Source of the DNA: a virus
Taxonomy: Duplodnaviria > Caudoviricetes
DNA length: 50,987 nt
Virus record (IMG/VR): IMGVR_UViG_3300025382_000013
Location: 1 to 50,987 of that record
Reading direction: 5' to 3' (one strand)
The notes beneath the pieces were generated by a model, which was given only the letters and a program-made list of their open reading frames with translations, was not told where the DNA came from and did no database searches. Shown one piece after another: positions 35,311-45,181 of this stretch; position 1 is the first letter of the stretch, and each line of letters opens with the position of its first letter. The position numbers were made by a program, and so were the translations under genes.

Positions 35311-35997
35311 TTAAGAAAGTGCTATGGCAAGGTAGATGTTTGCCTTGGTCTGTGCCAGTGTAGCAGTGGCAGTTGGATCTGGTAACAACTGTATGCCAGT
35401 TGTGGGAATTAAGGGAGGAGTAACAGCCACGCTGATCTGTTGGCTGAACTTCTGACCATTGGTATCTGTAACTGATATTGTGGTCAAGTTATATTCGTTT
35501 GATATCACAGTGGGCGTGCCTGACAACACACCTATTGTTGTATCAAATGACAACCCAGTATCTAATTTGCCCGTCAACGCCCAAGTATAAGGTGCTGTAC
35601 CGCCTGTGGGCACAAATTTAACATTTAGTGCTGTATTGACCTGTACTGTGACAGCAGTAGGAGCAATGGCAGTAACAGGTGTATAGGTAGGTGTAACAAC
35701 ACTAACACCCCACTGAATAGTTATGGGGTACTGCATGACCAAATCTGTGCTGGCCACGCCGTCTGAGGGTAAACTACTGACAGTATAGCCATTAGACGTT
35801 AATAGTGAAAGAACTCTATTGTATTTGTACTTGCTGAATGTTAGAGTAATACTGCTGTTACCGCCAGTACTGGCCGCTTGTATTTGATCAAATACATATT
35901 GAAATTCAGCAATTAGGGCAGTCAGCGCCGCCTGCGCTTGGCTAGCAGTATAGGTTGAAAGAGCTTGAACAGCTTGTGTAGCGGTAAAGATAGTCAT
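35311..35997 (-). CDS. Structural protein with Ig-like (He_PIG-type) domain
   Basis: TGGTAPYTW...G.L..GLS.....G.LSGTPT.......VTD. TAAATA at 36003. Confidence 0.7.
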   Translation of the reverse strand: MTIFTATQAVQALSTYTASQAQAALTALIAEFQYVFDQIQAASTGGNSSITLTFSKYKYNRVLSLLTSNGYTVSSLPSDGVASTDLVMQYPITIQWGVSVVTPTYTPVTAIAPTAVTVQVNTALNVKFVPTGGTAPYTWALTGKLDTGLSFDTTIGVLSGTPTVISNEYNLTTISVTDTNGQKFSQQISVAVTPPLIPTTGIQLLPDPTATATLAQTKANIYLAIALS

Positions 35998-36020
35998 ACT
36001 ACTATTTACCGCAAAAACTT

Positions 36021-36464
36021 CTATTCTTTGTAGTAGTACTCGTAGTTAACTGTGGTGGCGTTTTCTTTGCGAATTCTAGCACCATTTTTCAAATGGAATC
36101 GCTTGGCCATGGGAGTTTGTGGGCTCAGTGTAACTATGCCCTTGATGTCCTTGTGCTCGGACAATAACCAATTGGCTGCCTGTTTCAATAGGCTAGCGCC
36201 AGCTCCTGGAGCATAACTCCAAATGGTATAGAACACAGCAACTTCCTTGTCCTTGCTCATGTTAACTAGATCTTCTTCTGTTTCTGGAACTTCTTTAAGC
36301 CACTGCATACATGTGGCCGCAAGTATTTCTTCTCCTGCTTTGAGTATTAGAATTTCAGCGGCTTCATTGATACGTTGCTCTAGTGGAATGTGTGGACGTA
36401 CAGGATCGTCCTTAATCAATCTGACTAGGGGATCAGTTATATCTCTAATGTGATGCAGTTCCAT
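36021..36464 (-). CDS. Hypothetical protein, GNAT-like fold possible
   Basis: DDPVRPHI, FYTIWSY..GAG..L, TLSP.T.MA..FHL.NGA. Start reassigned to MELHH. Confidence 0.6.
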   Translation of the reverse strand: MELHHIRDITDPLVRLIKDDPVRPHIPLEQRINEAAEILILKAGEEILAATCMQWLKEVPETEEDLVNMSKDKEVAVFYTIWSYAPGAGASLLKQAANWLLSEHKDIKGIVTLSPQTPMAKRFHLKNGARIRKENATTVNYEYYYKE

Positions 36465-36552
36465 GTTCGCTACCTGGTTATTATATAGGTACTTATCTCT
36501 TTGGCTAAAATTCCATAGATTTAAGGGAGGTAGGCGATCATCCCACTGAATC

Positions 36553-37989
36553 TCAAATGTCATCGCCAGGCAGATTGTTTAGTAGTTCTCTCAATTTACT
36601 GGAAGCAACTTCTGCTCCTTTGACCTTGGCCACGGGTGCTCCTATAGTTGGATTAACTATTTCACCTGTGGAGGCATTGACAGTTTGTCTCTGTTTGATA
36701 CTGTTCAATAGTGTAGATCCTGCACTTTGCGTTGAGCTATTGCCGTAGCCGTCTTCTTCATCAAGATCCGAAATTCTTAGTGTATCAATATCAAAACCCA
36801 AGTCAATTTTCATACCAACACCGCTCGAGCTACGTGTCTTCATCAGCTGAATTTGATAGCGTCCACGCTCACGCATAGCACGGCTTGTAAAGATACCAAA
36901 CACATTATCTGCTGTTTGAATCTTGGATAGTCCGCCTGAAATATGACTGTGGTCAAACTCAACTTCTTCTACTGCACCGCGATTCAACTGTGCCGCTGTT
37001 ACAAACACACAGTTCTTTTCTACCGCCAAATTTCGCAATTCTTCGGATACATACTTGTCCTTAACAAACAAGTTTTCAGCACTGATACGCTTGCTCAAAG
37101 GCATAATCAAGTCCATGTAGTCAACTAACAACACGTCAATCTTATGTCCCATTTTAACTTCATACTCTTTCATATACGCACGAATGTCGTTGGCAGTTTT
37201 ACCGCTAGGCATATATTTTACCTGAAGATTTCCCGACTTTTTACCAATCATCTTGACCTTCATTTCAACGTCATCGATGTTCTTAAAAATCTCTCTTGTG
37301 GGTATACCAGTGGTCATTGCATCAATACGCATACAGACCAAGTCCTCACTCAACTCTAGTGTAAGGTATAGTACGTTGAGTCCAGCAAGAGCATAATTGA
37401 CACCAAGATTAGCCAGAAAAAGAGATTTTCCAGCACCACTACCACCAGCCCAAATATTAAGCTCGCCACGATTAAAACCACCATAAAGTTTATCATCAAT
37501 GCTTTTCCATCCTGTAGAAATTTGTCCGTTCTTGTCTTTAATGCGGGCAAGACGTGCTCTAGGGTCTTCAAAATAATCAGTGCCCATGTCTCGTTGCAAG
37601 CCAATTTGTACCGCTTTTTTAATCTTTTCTTCTACTGGACCATACTCACCTTTTTCCAGTAAGTCAGCACTTTCTAAGATTGCTCGCTCGAGTCCTTTGT
37701 GCCTAATAAAAGTTTCAAAGTCATTTAGTACCCAATCATAGTTGGCTTCTTTTACACCTTCTGGTGTTTTCAAATTACTGTTTGTTGATGCATTTACAAT
37801 ATCAAATGTAGGCAATACTGCATACTGCTCTACATACTTGTTGATAAACTCTGCCGAGTCTTGTAGCTTGCGATCAAACAATGTGTGGTCAAAGATAGAT
37901 TGGCAACGCACAAAAGTTTCAGCGTCACTCAACATCATTTCCAAGTACAATTTTTGTACTTCATATCCATAATTTACGTTTTGTGTCAT
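36553..37989 (-). CDS. 41: Replicative DNA helicase (T4 gp41/DnaB-like)
   Basis: GGSGAGKS, TLELSE, VDYMDL, TAAQLNR, MKTR. Start reassigned to MTQNVN after TATAAT. Confidence 0.92.
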   Translation of the reverse strand: MTQNVNYGYEVQKLYLEMMLSDAETFVRCQSIFDHTLFDRKLQDSAEFINKYVEQYAVLPTFDIVNASTNSNLKTPEGVKEANYDWVLNDFETFIRHKGLERAILESADLLEKGEYGPVEEKIKKAVQIGLQRDMGTDYFEDPRARLARIKDKNGQISTGWKSIDDKLYGGFNRGELNIWAGGSGAGKSLFLANLGVNYALAGLNVLYLTLELSEDLVCMRIDAMTTGIPTREIFKNIDDVEMKVKMIGKKSGNLQVKYMPSGKTANDIRAYMKEYEVKMGHKIDVLLVDYMDLIMPLSKRISAENLFVKDKYVSEELRNLAVEKNCVFVTAAQLNRGAVEEVEFDHSHISGGLSKIQTADNVFGIFTSRAMRERGRYQIQLMKTRSSSGVGMKIDLGFDIDTLRISDLDEEDGYGNSSTQSAGSTLLNSIKQRQTVNASTGEIVNPTIGAPVAKVKGAEVASSKLRELLNNLPGDDI

Positions 37990-38005
37990 TGTTATATTAT
38001 ATACT

Positions 38006-39478
38006 CTAATTAAAAACTTTAACACCATAATGGCGTTCAAAGTTACGGGCATCTGCGTGATCATTTACCATAGGTTGTCCTTTGATATTTAGACTGGTGT
38101 TTAACAACATAGGACATCCAGTGCGAGCATACCATAATTCTAACAGTTGTCTAAATGGACTGCCGTCGTTGGGAACAGTTTGTACTCTACTAGTGCCATC
38201 GCGATGTACGATAGCGGGATAAAGCTCAGGATTCCTACAATGAGCGACAACTTGCATAAAACGACTATTGTCCCAGCCACTAGGCATGCTAAAATAATCA
38301 TGCACAAGCTCTTCCAATATAGCCGGCGCAAATGGTCTAAATTCTTGTCTTTGTTTGATTGCATTTACTTGGTCCTTTATATCATATCCTCGAGGATCTG
38401 CCAATAAACTTCTGTTACCTAATGCACGTGGTCCAAACTCGGCTCGACCACGGGCAACACCACAAATTTTGTTGTCTTCCAAATAGTCTACGATTTCTTC
38501 ATTAAGAGTCCTATGTCCCATGTCATAGCCTAAAAAATTATTAGACCAATCTGTATATTCTCTCCAATGTGGTTTATGTGCTAGTACTGCTCCGATTGCA
38601 CTGCCAGCATCGCCTGGATTAGGATAGATCCACGTTTTACCGTAGTATTCCCCGGTCAATCTATTGGCACTACAATTCAAGGCACAGCCACCCATTAGAA
38701 CTAAATTGTCGCTGTCTACCATTAGTCTTGCCTTGACTAATATCTCATCAAGCCAATCTTCGTAGAGGCGTTGCACCGCGGCTGCAATATCAAAACTGTC
38801 CTTGATGATCAAGTCAGGAGCCCAATCCATACATCCTCTGTGAAGATTTCTTTTCATTTTGAAACTGTCAAAACGTCCTTCAAAAAAATCTTCATACATA
38901 CGACCAATATGTTTATCGGCATCACCGTATGCGGCCATGCCCATTAAAATATATTCGTCCTCATTAGGTTTCAATCCTATTCGCTGTGTCATAGCACTAT
39001 AAAATAATCCCATGCTGTATGGGTAAGATTTACTAAATCGTTTTTTAAGTTTAGTGCCTTTACCTTCCCAAATAGTAAATGTTTCAAATTCTCCAATGGC
39101 ATCTACAACTACTACACACGCATTGTCAAATCCGCTAGTGTAATAGCCGCCTGCCGCATGACTGAGATGATGGTCAGTGTATGTTACAGGAGCGTGAATC
39201 TCATACCTTGCCATATAGATGTCGATATCGTTGTCACGACCCTTCCAGCCTTGCCCTGCGTAAAATTGTCTAAGTGTCTTAAGAAAAGGTCGCTCATACC
39301 AATAGACATGATCTGGACTTCCAAATTGTTTAGCGGCATGAACCAAATTCTTACAAAGATCTCTATCGTTTTTTATGCCGCTATATCGCTCGCTATGACT
39401 AGCAAAAACTAGTTTTTCGTCCGCGAATACAGCGATTGCCGCATCGTGGCTGTTACCGGATATGCCCCAACTAATCAT
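38006..39478 (-). CDS. Carbamoyltransferase (NodU/CmcH/TobZ family)
   Basis: HDAA, ER.S..K, HH.SHAA, D.IGE, MGMA.YG, GG.ALNC, GDAG.AIG, EFGPRALGNRS, FRPFAP, H.DGTSRVQTV, LNTSLN. Confidence 0.92.
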   Translation of the reverse strand: MISWGISGNSHDAAIAVFADEKLVFASHSERYSGIKNDRDLCKNLVHAAKQFGSPDHVYWYERPFLKTLRQFYAGQGWKGRDNDIDIYMARYEIHAPVTYTDHHLSHAAGGYYTSGFDNACVVVVDAIGEFETFTIWEGKGTKLKKRFSKSYPYSMGLFYSAMTQRIGLKPNEDEYILMGMAAYGDADKHIGRMYEDFFEGRFDSFKMKRNLHRGCMDWAPDLIIKDSFDIAAAVQRLYEDWLDEILVKARLMVDSDNLVLMGGCALNCSANRLTGEYYGKTWIYPNPGDAGSAIGAVLAHKPHWREYTDWSNNFLGYDMGHRTLNEEIVDYLEDNKICGVARGRAEFGPRALGNRSLLADPRGYDIKDQVNAIKQRQEFRPFAPAILEELVHDYFSMPSGWDNSRFMQVVAHCRNPELYPAIVHRDGTSRVQTVPNDGSPFRQLLELWYARTGCPMLLNTSLNIKGQPMVNDHADARNFERHYGVKVFN

Positions 39479-39591
39479 TTGTAAATAAAAGGATCACGTT
39501 TCCGCAATTCTTCCAAACGACGTTTGAATGCACGATGCTCCTTGTACTTGCGTAAAGGATATAAAATAAAATCAATTATTCTTTGAACCAT
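39475..39591 (-). CDS. 38-aa basic peptide translationally coupled to carbamoyltransferase
   Basis: MVQRIIDFILYPLRKYKEHRAFKRRLEELRKRDPFIYK with ATGA overlap. Confidence 0.6.
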   Translation of the reverse strand: MVQRIIDFILYPLRKYKEHRAFKRRLEELRKRDPFIYK

Positions 39592-40568
39592 TTCTTTGCT
39601 CTCAGTTGTATCTTAAGACTATTAGATTCTTTGGCACTAACAATTAACCACATGGTGGCTAACTTACCTAATTTGGCCACTGCGTCATTTATATCTTTAA
39701 TGCCATCGGGCCAATCAGGCATACTAACACTCCACCCAAAATCAATCGCTTGCTCAACAGTACGAGGACCTTCGTGATCTTTATCGGGCACTAGTACAAT
39801 TTCTTTATTCAATTGTTTAAGTAAATAATTTTGACTATCTTTTATCTCTGCACCAAGAAGCGCACATCCGTCAATACTTAGCGCATCAAATGGACCTTCA
39901 GATACAATCACGAAATCTTTATCATCATCTTGGTTATCTAAATTAAACACATAACCCGGTTGTTGTTCGCTTAGATATTTAGGTTTAGCATCATTGATAG
40001 CCCGAGCAGTCCAGCCTACAATTTCGCCTTTGTATAAAAATGGTATAATGATTCTATTGCTGAATCCTATCTTGTTAGTATAGTAAAACGGATAATCAAA
40101 TAAATCTATTTTTCGTTTTGCTAGATAGTCGACAGCTCCAATAAATCCGCTTGGTATTTTATAATCCTGATCCGTAAGTTGTAGGAATGTCTTCCACTCA
40201 TCAAAACTACGGGACTCTAAAGGTAAAGCTCGAACATCAAATTTAGGAATAATACTACGCACCTCCGCAGTATTGTTTTGATCTAATCTAAGTGCTTCTA
40301 ATCGTAATTGACTGATGACATCATCCGGAATTGACAAGTCTCGCATGAACTTGTTCATATTTTTACTGATGTGTCTGCCTGGTTGCCAACTGCATTTGAA
40401 TCCGCAATTGAAACAGTGATAGCTAACAGCATCACCGGCATTAACAATGAATCCGCCACGTTGTCTTTTGTCGTCACAACAGACAGCATTAAACGAAATC
40501 CAACCACTTGGAGTTTGTTTACGCTTTCCGGGCAAATAGGTTAATAGTGTATCCGCAATTAGACTCAT
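39576..40568 (-). CDS. DNA primase (gp61/DnaG-like)
   Basis: N-terminal Zn finger (CC...YHCFNCG), RIIIPF, KYL, TOPRIM EGPFDA, PDKD..G, KDIND. Confidence 0.88.
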   Translation of the reverse strand: MSLIADTLLTYLPGKRKQTPSGWISFNAVCCDDKRQRGGFIVNAGDAVSYHCFNCGFKCSWQPGRHISKNMNKFMRDLSIPDDVISQLRLEALRLDQNNTAEVRSIIPKFDVRALPLESRSFDEWKTFLQLTDQDYKIPSGFIGAVDYLAKRKIDLFDYPFYYTNKIGFSNRIIIPFLYKGEIVGWTARAINDAKPKYLSEQQPGYVFNLDNQDDDKDFVIVSEGPFDALSIDGCALLGAEIKDSQNYLLKQLNKEIVLVPDKDHEGPRTVEQAIDFGWSVSMPDWPDGIKDINDAVAKLGKLATMWLIVSAKESNSLKIQLRAKKWFKE

Positions 40569-40599
40569 TGTCTAATTATAACAGACTTTTTGATTAAAC

Positions 40600-41460
40600 T
40601 CAATAGCTAACGGTAATTAAATCAACCGTTCCGTAAGGATTAGTAGCGGCTAAACTGCCGTAAGGACTTACACTTGGATACATCCAACTTACTCTTATAT
40701 AATTAAAATTTTGTCCAGATGCAGGGTTTACAAAAGAAACATTTGAAAATATATAAGTGCCAGTATTGGCTGTAGTCCAAGAATGTGTTTGAATACGTGT
40801 AGCATTTTTGAAACTTTCTACACTGATAGTGCTGTCTTCTGTGCCTTCAATATATAGATCGCCGACAAACCCAGTCATATTGCAAGTAATAGAAAAATTT
40901 GTAATAGGTACGGCTTCATAATACTTGGTAGGAATGGCACTAGAATGATTTATAACATTTCCCATGAAATTTATATCACCGCTAAATCTATCATATACAC
41001 GATTAGCTCGAGTTGTTGGAGCGGCCGATCCTACCAATTGTATTGTACCCACTGCACCAAATCGACTATCGGTATATAGAGGAATATGATTACTGCTGGT
41101 ATCAGTTGCGGTTAAACTATATTTTAGATATTGAGCATCTAAATTAGTTGTATCTGCGGAAGGAATAGTGGCTGTAGCAATTCCGGTAATACTTGTGGTT
41201 GAAACAGTATAAGGACTATTAGGTAGTGCTTTGCCGCCAGCATCCATGACATTCAAAGTTAAATTTGTAACTAAAGGACTTGTTACTAGATTGAGACGCT
41301 TTTGATCAGCGTTCTGAATGTCAAATTGTATGACGTTATCAACGCCCTTGTATATTTTTACGGTTTTTGCGTACACGACTGTATTCTCCACGGTGAATCC
41401 TGCCAAATCGGCTATGACAATTATTCTGTTTGGATATAAATAACTTTGAATTTTTTGCAT
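40600..41460 (-). CDS. Late, probably structural, beta-rich protein
   Basis: KIYKGVDN.I.F...N.DQK motif. TAAATA at 41480-41485. Confidence 0.6.
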   Translation of the reverse strand: MQKIQSYLYPNRIIVIADLAGFTVENTVVYAKTVKIYKGVDNVIQFDIQNADQKRLNLVTSPLVTNLTLNVMDAGGKALPNSPYTVSTTSITGIATATIPSADTTNLDAQYLKYSLTATDTSSNHIPLYTDSRFGAVGTIQLVGSAAPTTRANRVYDRFSGDINFMGNVINHSSAIPTKYYEAVPITNFSITCNMTGFVGDLYIEGTEDSTISVESFKNATRIQTHSWTTANTGTYIFSNVSFVNPASGQNFNYIRVSWMYPSVSPYGSLAATNPYGTVDLITVSY

Positions 41461-41484
41461 TTGGCTGGACCTTTAATACTATTT

Positions 41485-41859
41485 ATGGCAAAATTAAGAG
41501 ACGATATAGAACATAACTTACCCTTTATTAGTGTACTAAACTACGGCGATAATGAGTATGTTGGTATCATAATAAACCAAGATCAATACGTAACCAGCTT
41601 TTACGACCTTAATGCTCTCCGTACCCCCGAAGAAAAGACTAGTCTAATAGAAATAGGCGAAACATGGTGGTGGGAAAGCAATCGTCAGTTTCCTATTAAT
41701 ATTTTCTGTAGGGAACAAATCCAACCATATCATTATGCTATAAAAACATTTAATAGCAAAGATACCCGTGTAATTCTTGGGCCGGTTGTAAATCTAATGA
41801 ATCTTACACTGAAACGTGTAAAACGTAAATCAGTTCAACTTATCCGTAAAGTTCGTTAA
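41485..41859 (+). CDS. Conserved phage hypothetical protein
   Basis: PFIS...Y...EYVGII.N.D, GE.WWWESNR..PINIF. Start reassigned to MAKLR. Confidence 0.65.
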   Translation: MAKLRDDIEHNLPFISVLNYGDNEYVGIIINQDQYVTSFYDLNALRTPEEKTSLIEIGETWWWESNRQFPINIFCREQIQPYHYAIKTFNSKDTRVILGPVVNLMNLTLKRVKRKSVQLIRKVR

Positions 41860-42408
41860 GTTTTCACAAATGAGATTCATCTGCACAACGATCACATGTG
41901 CATAGGCTATAGCATGTGCCTTCTTAAAAAAATACTCATCATTCTCTGGACGAGTCCAAATCTCCATCATCACCGTAGTCCAATCTTTCCCAATCAGATA
42001 ACGTTTCGCAGGGCGAATCATAGCCAAAACGGCCGCTAATTGTTCTATCGAGGTAGGCCGCATTTGTCTCAAGATAGAACCATGCCCGTTCACGTGAAAT
42101 AAGTTGTTGACGAAGTCGTCTTCTAGTAGTAGATCCCATAACGGTTCTGTCTCCAATAATTTTGTAAGATGTGTTTTATCTTTAACACCCTCATACACAC
42201 TTACATTCAAAAAATCAATCTTAAAATAACCCCGTTCTTCTGCTTCGTTGTAGTCTAATGTACTTATTTGATCAATAGGGTTATATGGAATACTTGTACA
42301 ATATACGCCAGTATTATGTTTCTTAAAAGTACCAATACGTGCATCTATATGCTTGAGTACATTTAGTGCTCGTGTCCTATCAGCAAAGTCAATATCGATA
42401 TCTGGCAT
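41830..42408 (-). CDS. Miniature DNA polymerase III alpha (DnaE)-like catalytic fragment
   Basis: MPDIDIDF, KH..GVY, GYFKIDFL, P.SIE.LAA.LA.IRP, Y.FKKAHA.AYA. Confidence 0.8.
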   Translation of the reverse strand: MPDIDIDFADRTRALNVLKHIDARIGTFKKHNTGVYCTSIPYNPIDQISTLDYNEAEERGYFKIDFLNVSVYEGVKDKTHLTKLLETEPLWDLLLEDDFVNNLFHVNGHGSILRQMRPTSIEQLAAVLAMIRPAKRYLIGKDWTTVMMEIWTRPENDEYFFKKAHAIAYAHVIVVQMNLICENLTNFTDKLN

Positions 42409-43100
42409 TATATTCCACTTTCCTTAACTACTTCTTTGACTAGTATAACGTCGGCAGGCAATTTCTTAAATTTATTAAGCCAAAATGATGGATCTATCAC
42501 TGTCTGTATATGAGCTAGTTGTTCGTCGCTGAATTTTTGTAACATAGATTTACCACTAGCACTATTTAGAATTAACCAAGGACTTATTTTTCCGTCTTTG
42601 ATATCATAGCAAGCACGACTTAGACTAACATACAAGAAATAGTGATTCCATTGTGCCGAATGATCATCTGCCCACGTCATCATTGTTTGGATCGTTCTTT
42701 GGAGTGCGGTTTCGACGGACTCAGTTTTGATGAGGTCGAAGATGTATTGTTCGTAGAGCTCGTCTCTACACCAGTGGTCGAGTTTAACGCCACTGGTGAT
42801 AATATAATTGGTAAATCTTTCCGGGTAGAGAGGATTAACATTACTGATGAAACTGCCAAACTTAATAAAAGCGTTATAGTAAGGGCTTTTACAAAAATCT
42901 TCATAGGTTTTTTCCTTTACGTTAGGCTGTGCGTGTTTGAAAAACTTTTGAAACGCATCAAATGCCAGTATTACATGTTTTTCACCTTGTGCCATTGCCC
43001 TGCGTTTTTGTTCGCAAATATGCACAAACAAAGTTTTTTCTTGCATAAAACCTTTGTTACAATATCCGCAAACGTAGGGTTGTTCAACTAAAGACATCAT
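42408..43100 (-). CDS. Conserved protein with N-terminal zinc finger
   Basis: CGYCNK.F.....L..H.C. Confidence 0.65.
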   Translation of the reverse strand: MMSLVEQPYVCGYCNKGFMQEKTLFVHICEQKRRAMAQGEKHVILAFDAFQKFFKHAQPNVKEKTYEDFCKSPYYNAFIKFGSFISNVNPLYPERFTNYIITSGVKLDHWCRDELYEQYIFDLIKTESVETALQRTIQTMMTWADDHSAQWNHYFLYVSLSRACYDIKDGKISPWLILNSASGKSMLQKFSDEQLAHIQTVIDPSFWLNKFKKLPADVILVKEVVKESGI

Positions 43101-43576
43101 TTGAATTTCTTAGCAATAGTGGCTTCATCCATACCATGCTGTCTAGCCAGGTCCTTAATTTCTTTATCTGATGCTAAATCCGCTAACATTTCTAATTCAT
43201 CCAATTTACGATTAGGATAAATCTCTTCAAGAAATTTTAATTTTTTACCACCTGTGCCTGTTTTTTTCTTGGCACCAATCCAGTTGTGATAAAAAGTTTT
43301 TTCGCCATTCCAACTGCACATACACAACAATAGCCACAATAATTTAGGATGTTTTTGTAAATCATTCCAGTTTTTATTAAAGTATTCATTAACAGTTAGT
43401 ACAAAATGTTCTTGTATTTCTCGTTTTTGATCTTGAGCACTACTGATATATCTGTTCAAAATAAAGAGTTCACTCTTGAGACTTTTTTGTTGTTCGGGCG
43501 TCATTTCATCCCATGCCGCGCGAACATTCAAGTCTACAAACGCTATCTTTTCTTTTAATTCGATTTTATCACTCAT
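43097..43576 (-). CDS. Putative clamp-loader small subunit (gp62-like)
   Basis: F.LNRY.S...VNE..N...W...KK pattern resembles gp62, in a replication context. Confidence 0.45.
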   Translation of the reverse strand: MSDKIELKEKIAFVDLNVRAAWDEMTPEQQKSLKSELFILNRYISSAQDQKREIQEHFVLTVNEYFNKNWNDLQKHPKLLWLLLCMCSWNGEKTFYHNWIGAKKKTGTGGKKLKFLEEIYPNRKLDELEMLADLASDKEIKDLARQHGMDEATIAKKFK

Positions 43577-43874
43577 GTTTTTCTTTACTTAGTTTGTATA
43601 TCATTATAGCACGATCCAAGGCTTTTTGTAAAGTCACATTGGTCTCAGCTTCTCGTCGAATTTCTCCCCACATTTTATCTTCCATTATATGTTCGTGTAA
43701 TGGTCGACCATCACTAGTACGCGGATCAATCAACGGAGTAAATGTGGGATTTTTAGGATCGTAATCCCAGCCAACTACTTTCCGCAAACTAGGATCTTCT
43801 CCAAATTCTCGTGCGTAGACTGTACCGCCACTGCGTTCATATATGTAAGTTGCACCTGGTTTAAGAGAGCCCAT
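43569..43874 (-). CDS. Hypothetical protein
   Basis: YIYE..GG.VYARE.G motif. Confidence 0.6.
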   Translation of the reverse strand: MGSLKPGATYIYERSGGTVYAREFGEDPSLRKVVGWDYDPKNPTFTPLIDPRTSDGRPLHEHIMEDKMWGEIRREAETNVTLQKALDRAIMIYKLSKEKHE

Positions 43875-44052
43875 TTATCTTTACCTTAATTGCTTCAATC
43901 TCATCTTTAAGGTGTAATTTCAGTTTCTTAAGTGTTTCAATTTTAAGATCATTTTCATGATGATTATAAAGTTCAGTGATTTCTTTATCAAATGCATCGT
44001 GTTTTTCCTGCAAGTGTGCCACGTGGTGCTCTAATTTTTCTTTGGTAATCAT
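43861..44052 (-). CDS. YdcH/DUF465-like coiled-coil protein
   Basis: L.EKH..FD.EI.......LKK.KL.LKDEI. Confidence 0.65.
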   Translation of the reverse strand: MITKEKLEHHVAHLQEKHDAFDKEITELYNHHENDLKIETLKKLKLHLKDEIEAIKVKINGLS

Positions 44053-44672
44053 ACTTCCTCCTTGGGTACAAGTTTGGCATCAAATGCCATTACTGTTCGT
44101 GTTCCTGTGCCTTTCCACGGATAAACAGTATGCGGTACATAACTGGGAAAAACTACATACGTTCCTGGCTCAGGATCATACTTCCATGTATCAGCCATGA
44201 TAAATCTACTGATATCTCTAGTAATCGGCAACCTGAATAACAGTTGTCCATCACTAGGTTGTTTGTCTTCAAACTCGGGTGCCGTGATATAAATGTTACC
44301 ACTGATATTGCCGCCCGGATGACTGTGCATTTCTTGATAGTCGCCAGCTTGTTGTTGTATAGTCCAGATACTAGTGACTACAGGGCGACAATATTTTAGA
44401 TCTTCAGCGGTGCTTTGTTGTGTTACCATTTCCATGTAGGCAATACAAACACTTTCCAACCACTTTACTAACCACGCAACATCAATATCCAGTTGATTGG
44501 GATAAACTTGTATTTGCTGACCACCTCGAAGACTTATTGTATCAGATGCATCGTTAAGTTCTGGATGTGCATGTAATTTTTCTGATAAATTAAAAATTTT
44601 ACTGAATTCAACCGGGGGTACACTATCAGTGAACATGATCACGGGCTGAAAGTATCCTATCTTCAAACTCAT
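44049..44672 (-). CDS. 2OG-Fe(II) oxygenase-like protein
   Basis: W......GDY...HSHP...SG..Y, P..G..V.FPS...H.V.P.....R...AF. Confidence 0.75.
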   Translation of the reverse strand: MSLKIGYFQPVIMFTDSVPPVEFSKIFNLSEKLHAHPELNDASDTISLRGGQQIQVYPNQLDIDVAWLVKWLESVCIAYMEMVTQQSTAEDLKYCRPVVTSIWTIQQQAGDYQEMHSHPGGNISGNIYITAPEFEDKQPSDGQLLFRLPITRDISRFIMADTWKYDPEPGTYVVFPSYVPHTVYPWKGTGTRTVMAFDAKLVPKEEV

Positions 44673-45175
44673 AGTAATTTATCCAATTGTATGACTTCGC
44701 TCTGACGACTAATTTCTTTTACAAAATATGCACAGTCGGGCTGTGATCCGCCCCTTGTAGGAGTTGCAATCAATTGCCCGTTTTTCATTTTAGGAAAATA
44801 CCATTTAACATCATTATAAAAATTAATAATTTTAATAGGCCTGAATTCAAGTCTAAAACTACTTAATGGATTAAAAACTAACGCCTCAAATCCTCGATCA
44901 TTCAAACTGGTCAATGGTAGTATTTCAATTTCACAACTACTTGAACTATCTCCGACAGCAATACACCAATCAATAGGCATTGTAACTTCATCGTTACCGA
45001 TTTGTAATACTATTGCTGGACTGTTGAAACTTTCTAAAAATATCAGTGGCATAAAGAAAAAATCTGGATTCTGTGCATCACTATTATCTAGCACGGCAAA
45101 TCTAGTATTTTCGTCTACTTCCTCTGGTAAGTTGTTTAACGAAAACGTTTCGTTATCTAATGTTAATATCTGCAT
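44669..45175 (-). CDS. Conserved hypothetical protein next to UvsW
   Basis: PLIFLESF.SPA, LNDRGF, KWYFPK motifs. Confidence 0.65.
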   Translation of the reverse strand: MQILTLDNETFSLNNLPEEVDENTRFAVLDNSDAQNPDFFFMPLIFLESFNSPAIVLQIGNDEVTMPIDWCIAVGDSSSSCEIEILPLTSLNDRGFEALVFNPLSSFRLEFRPIKIINFYNDVKWYFPKMKNGQLIATPTRGGSQPDCAYFVKEISRQSEVIQLDKLL

Positions 45176-45181
45176 AATTCC

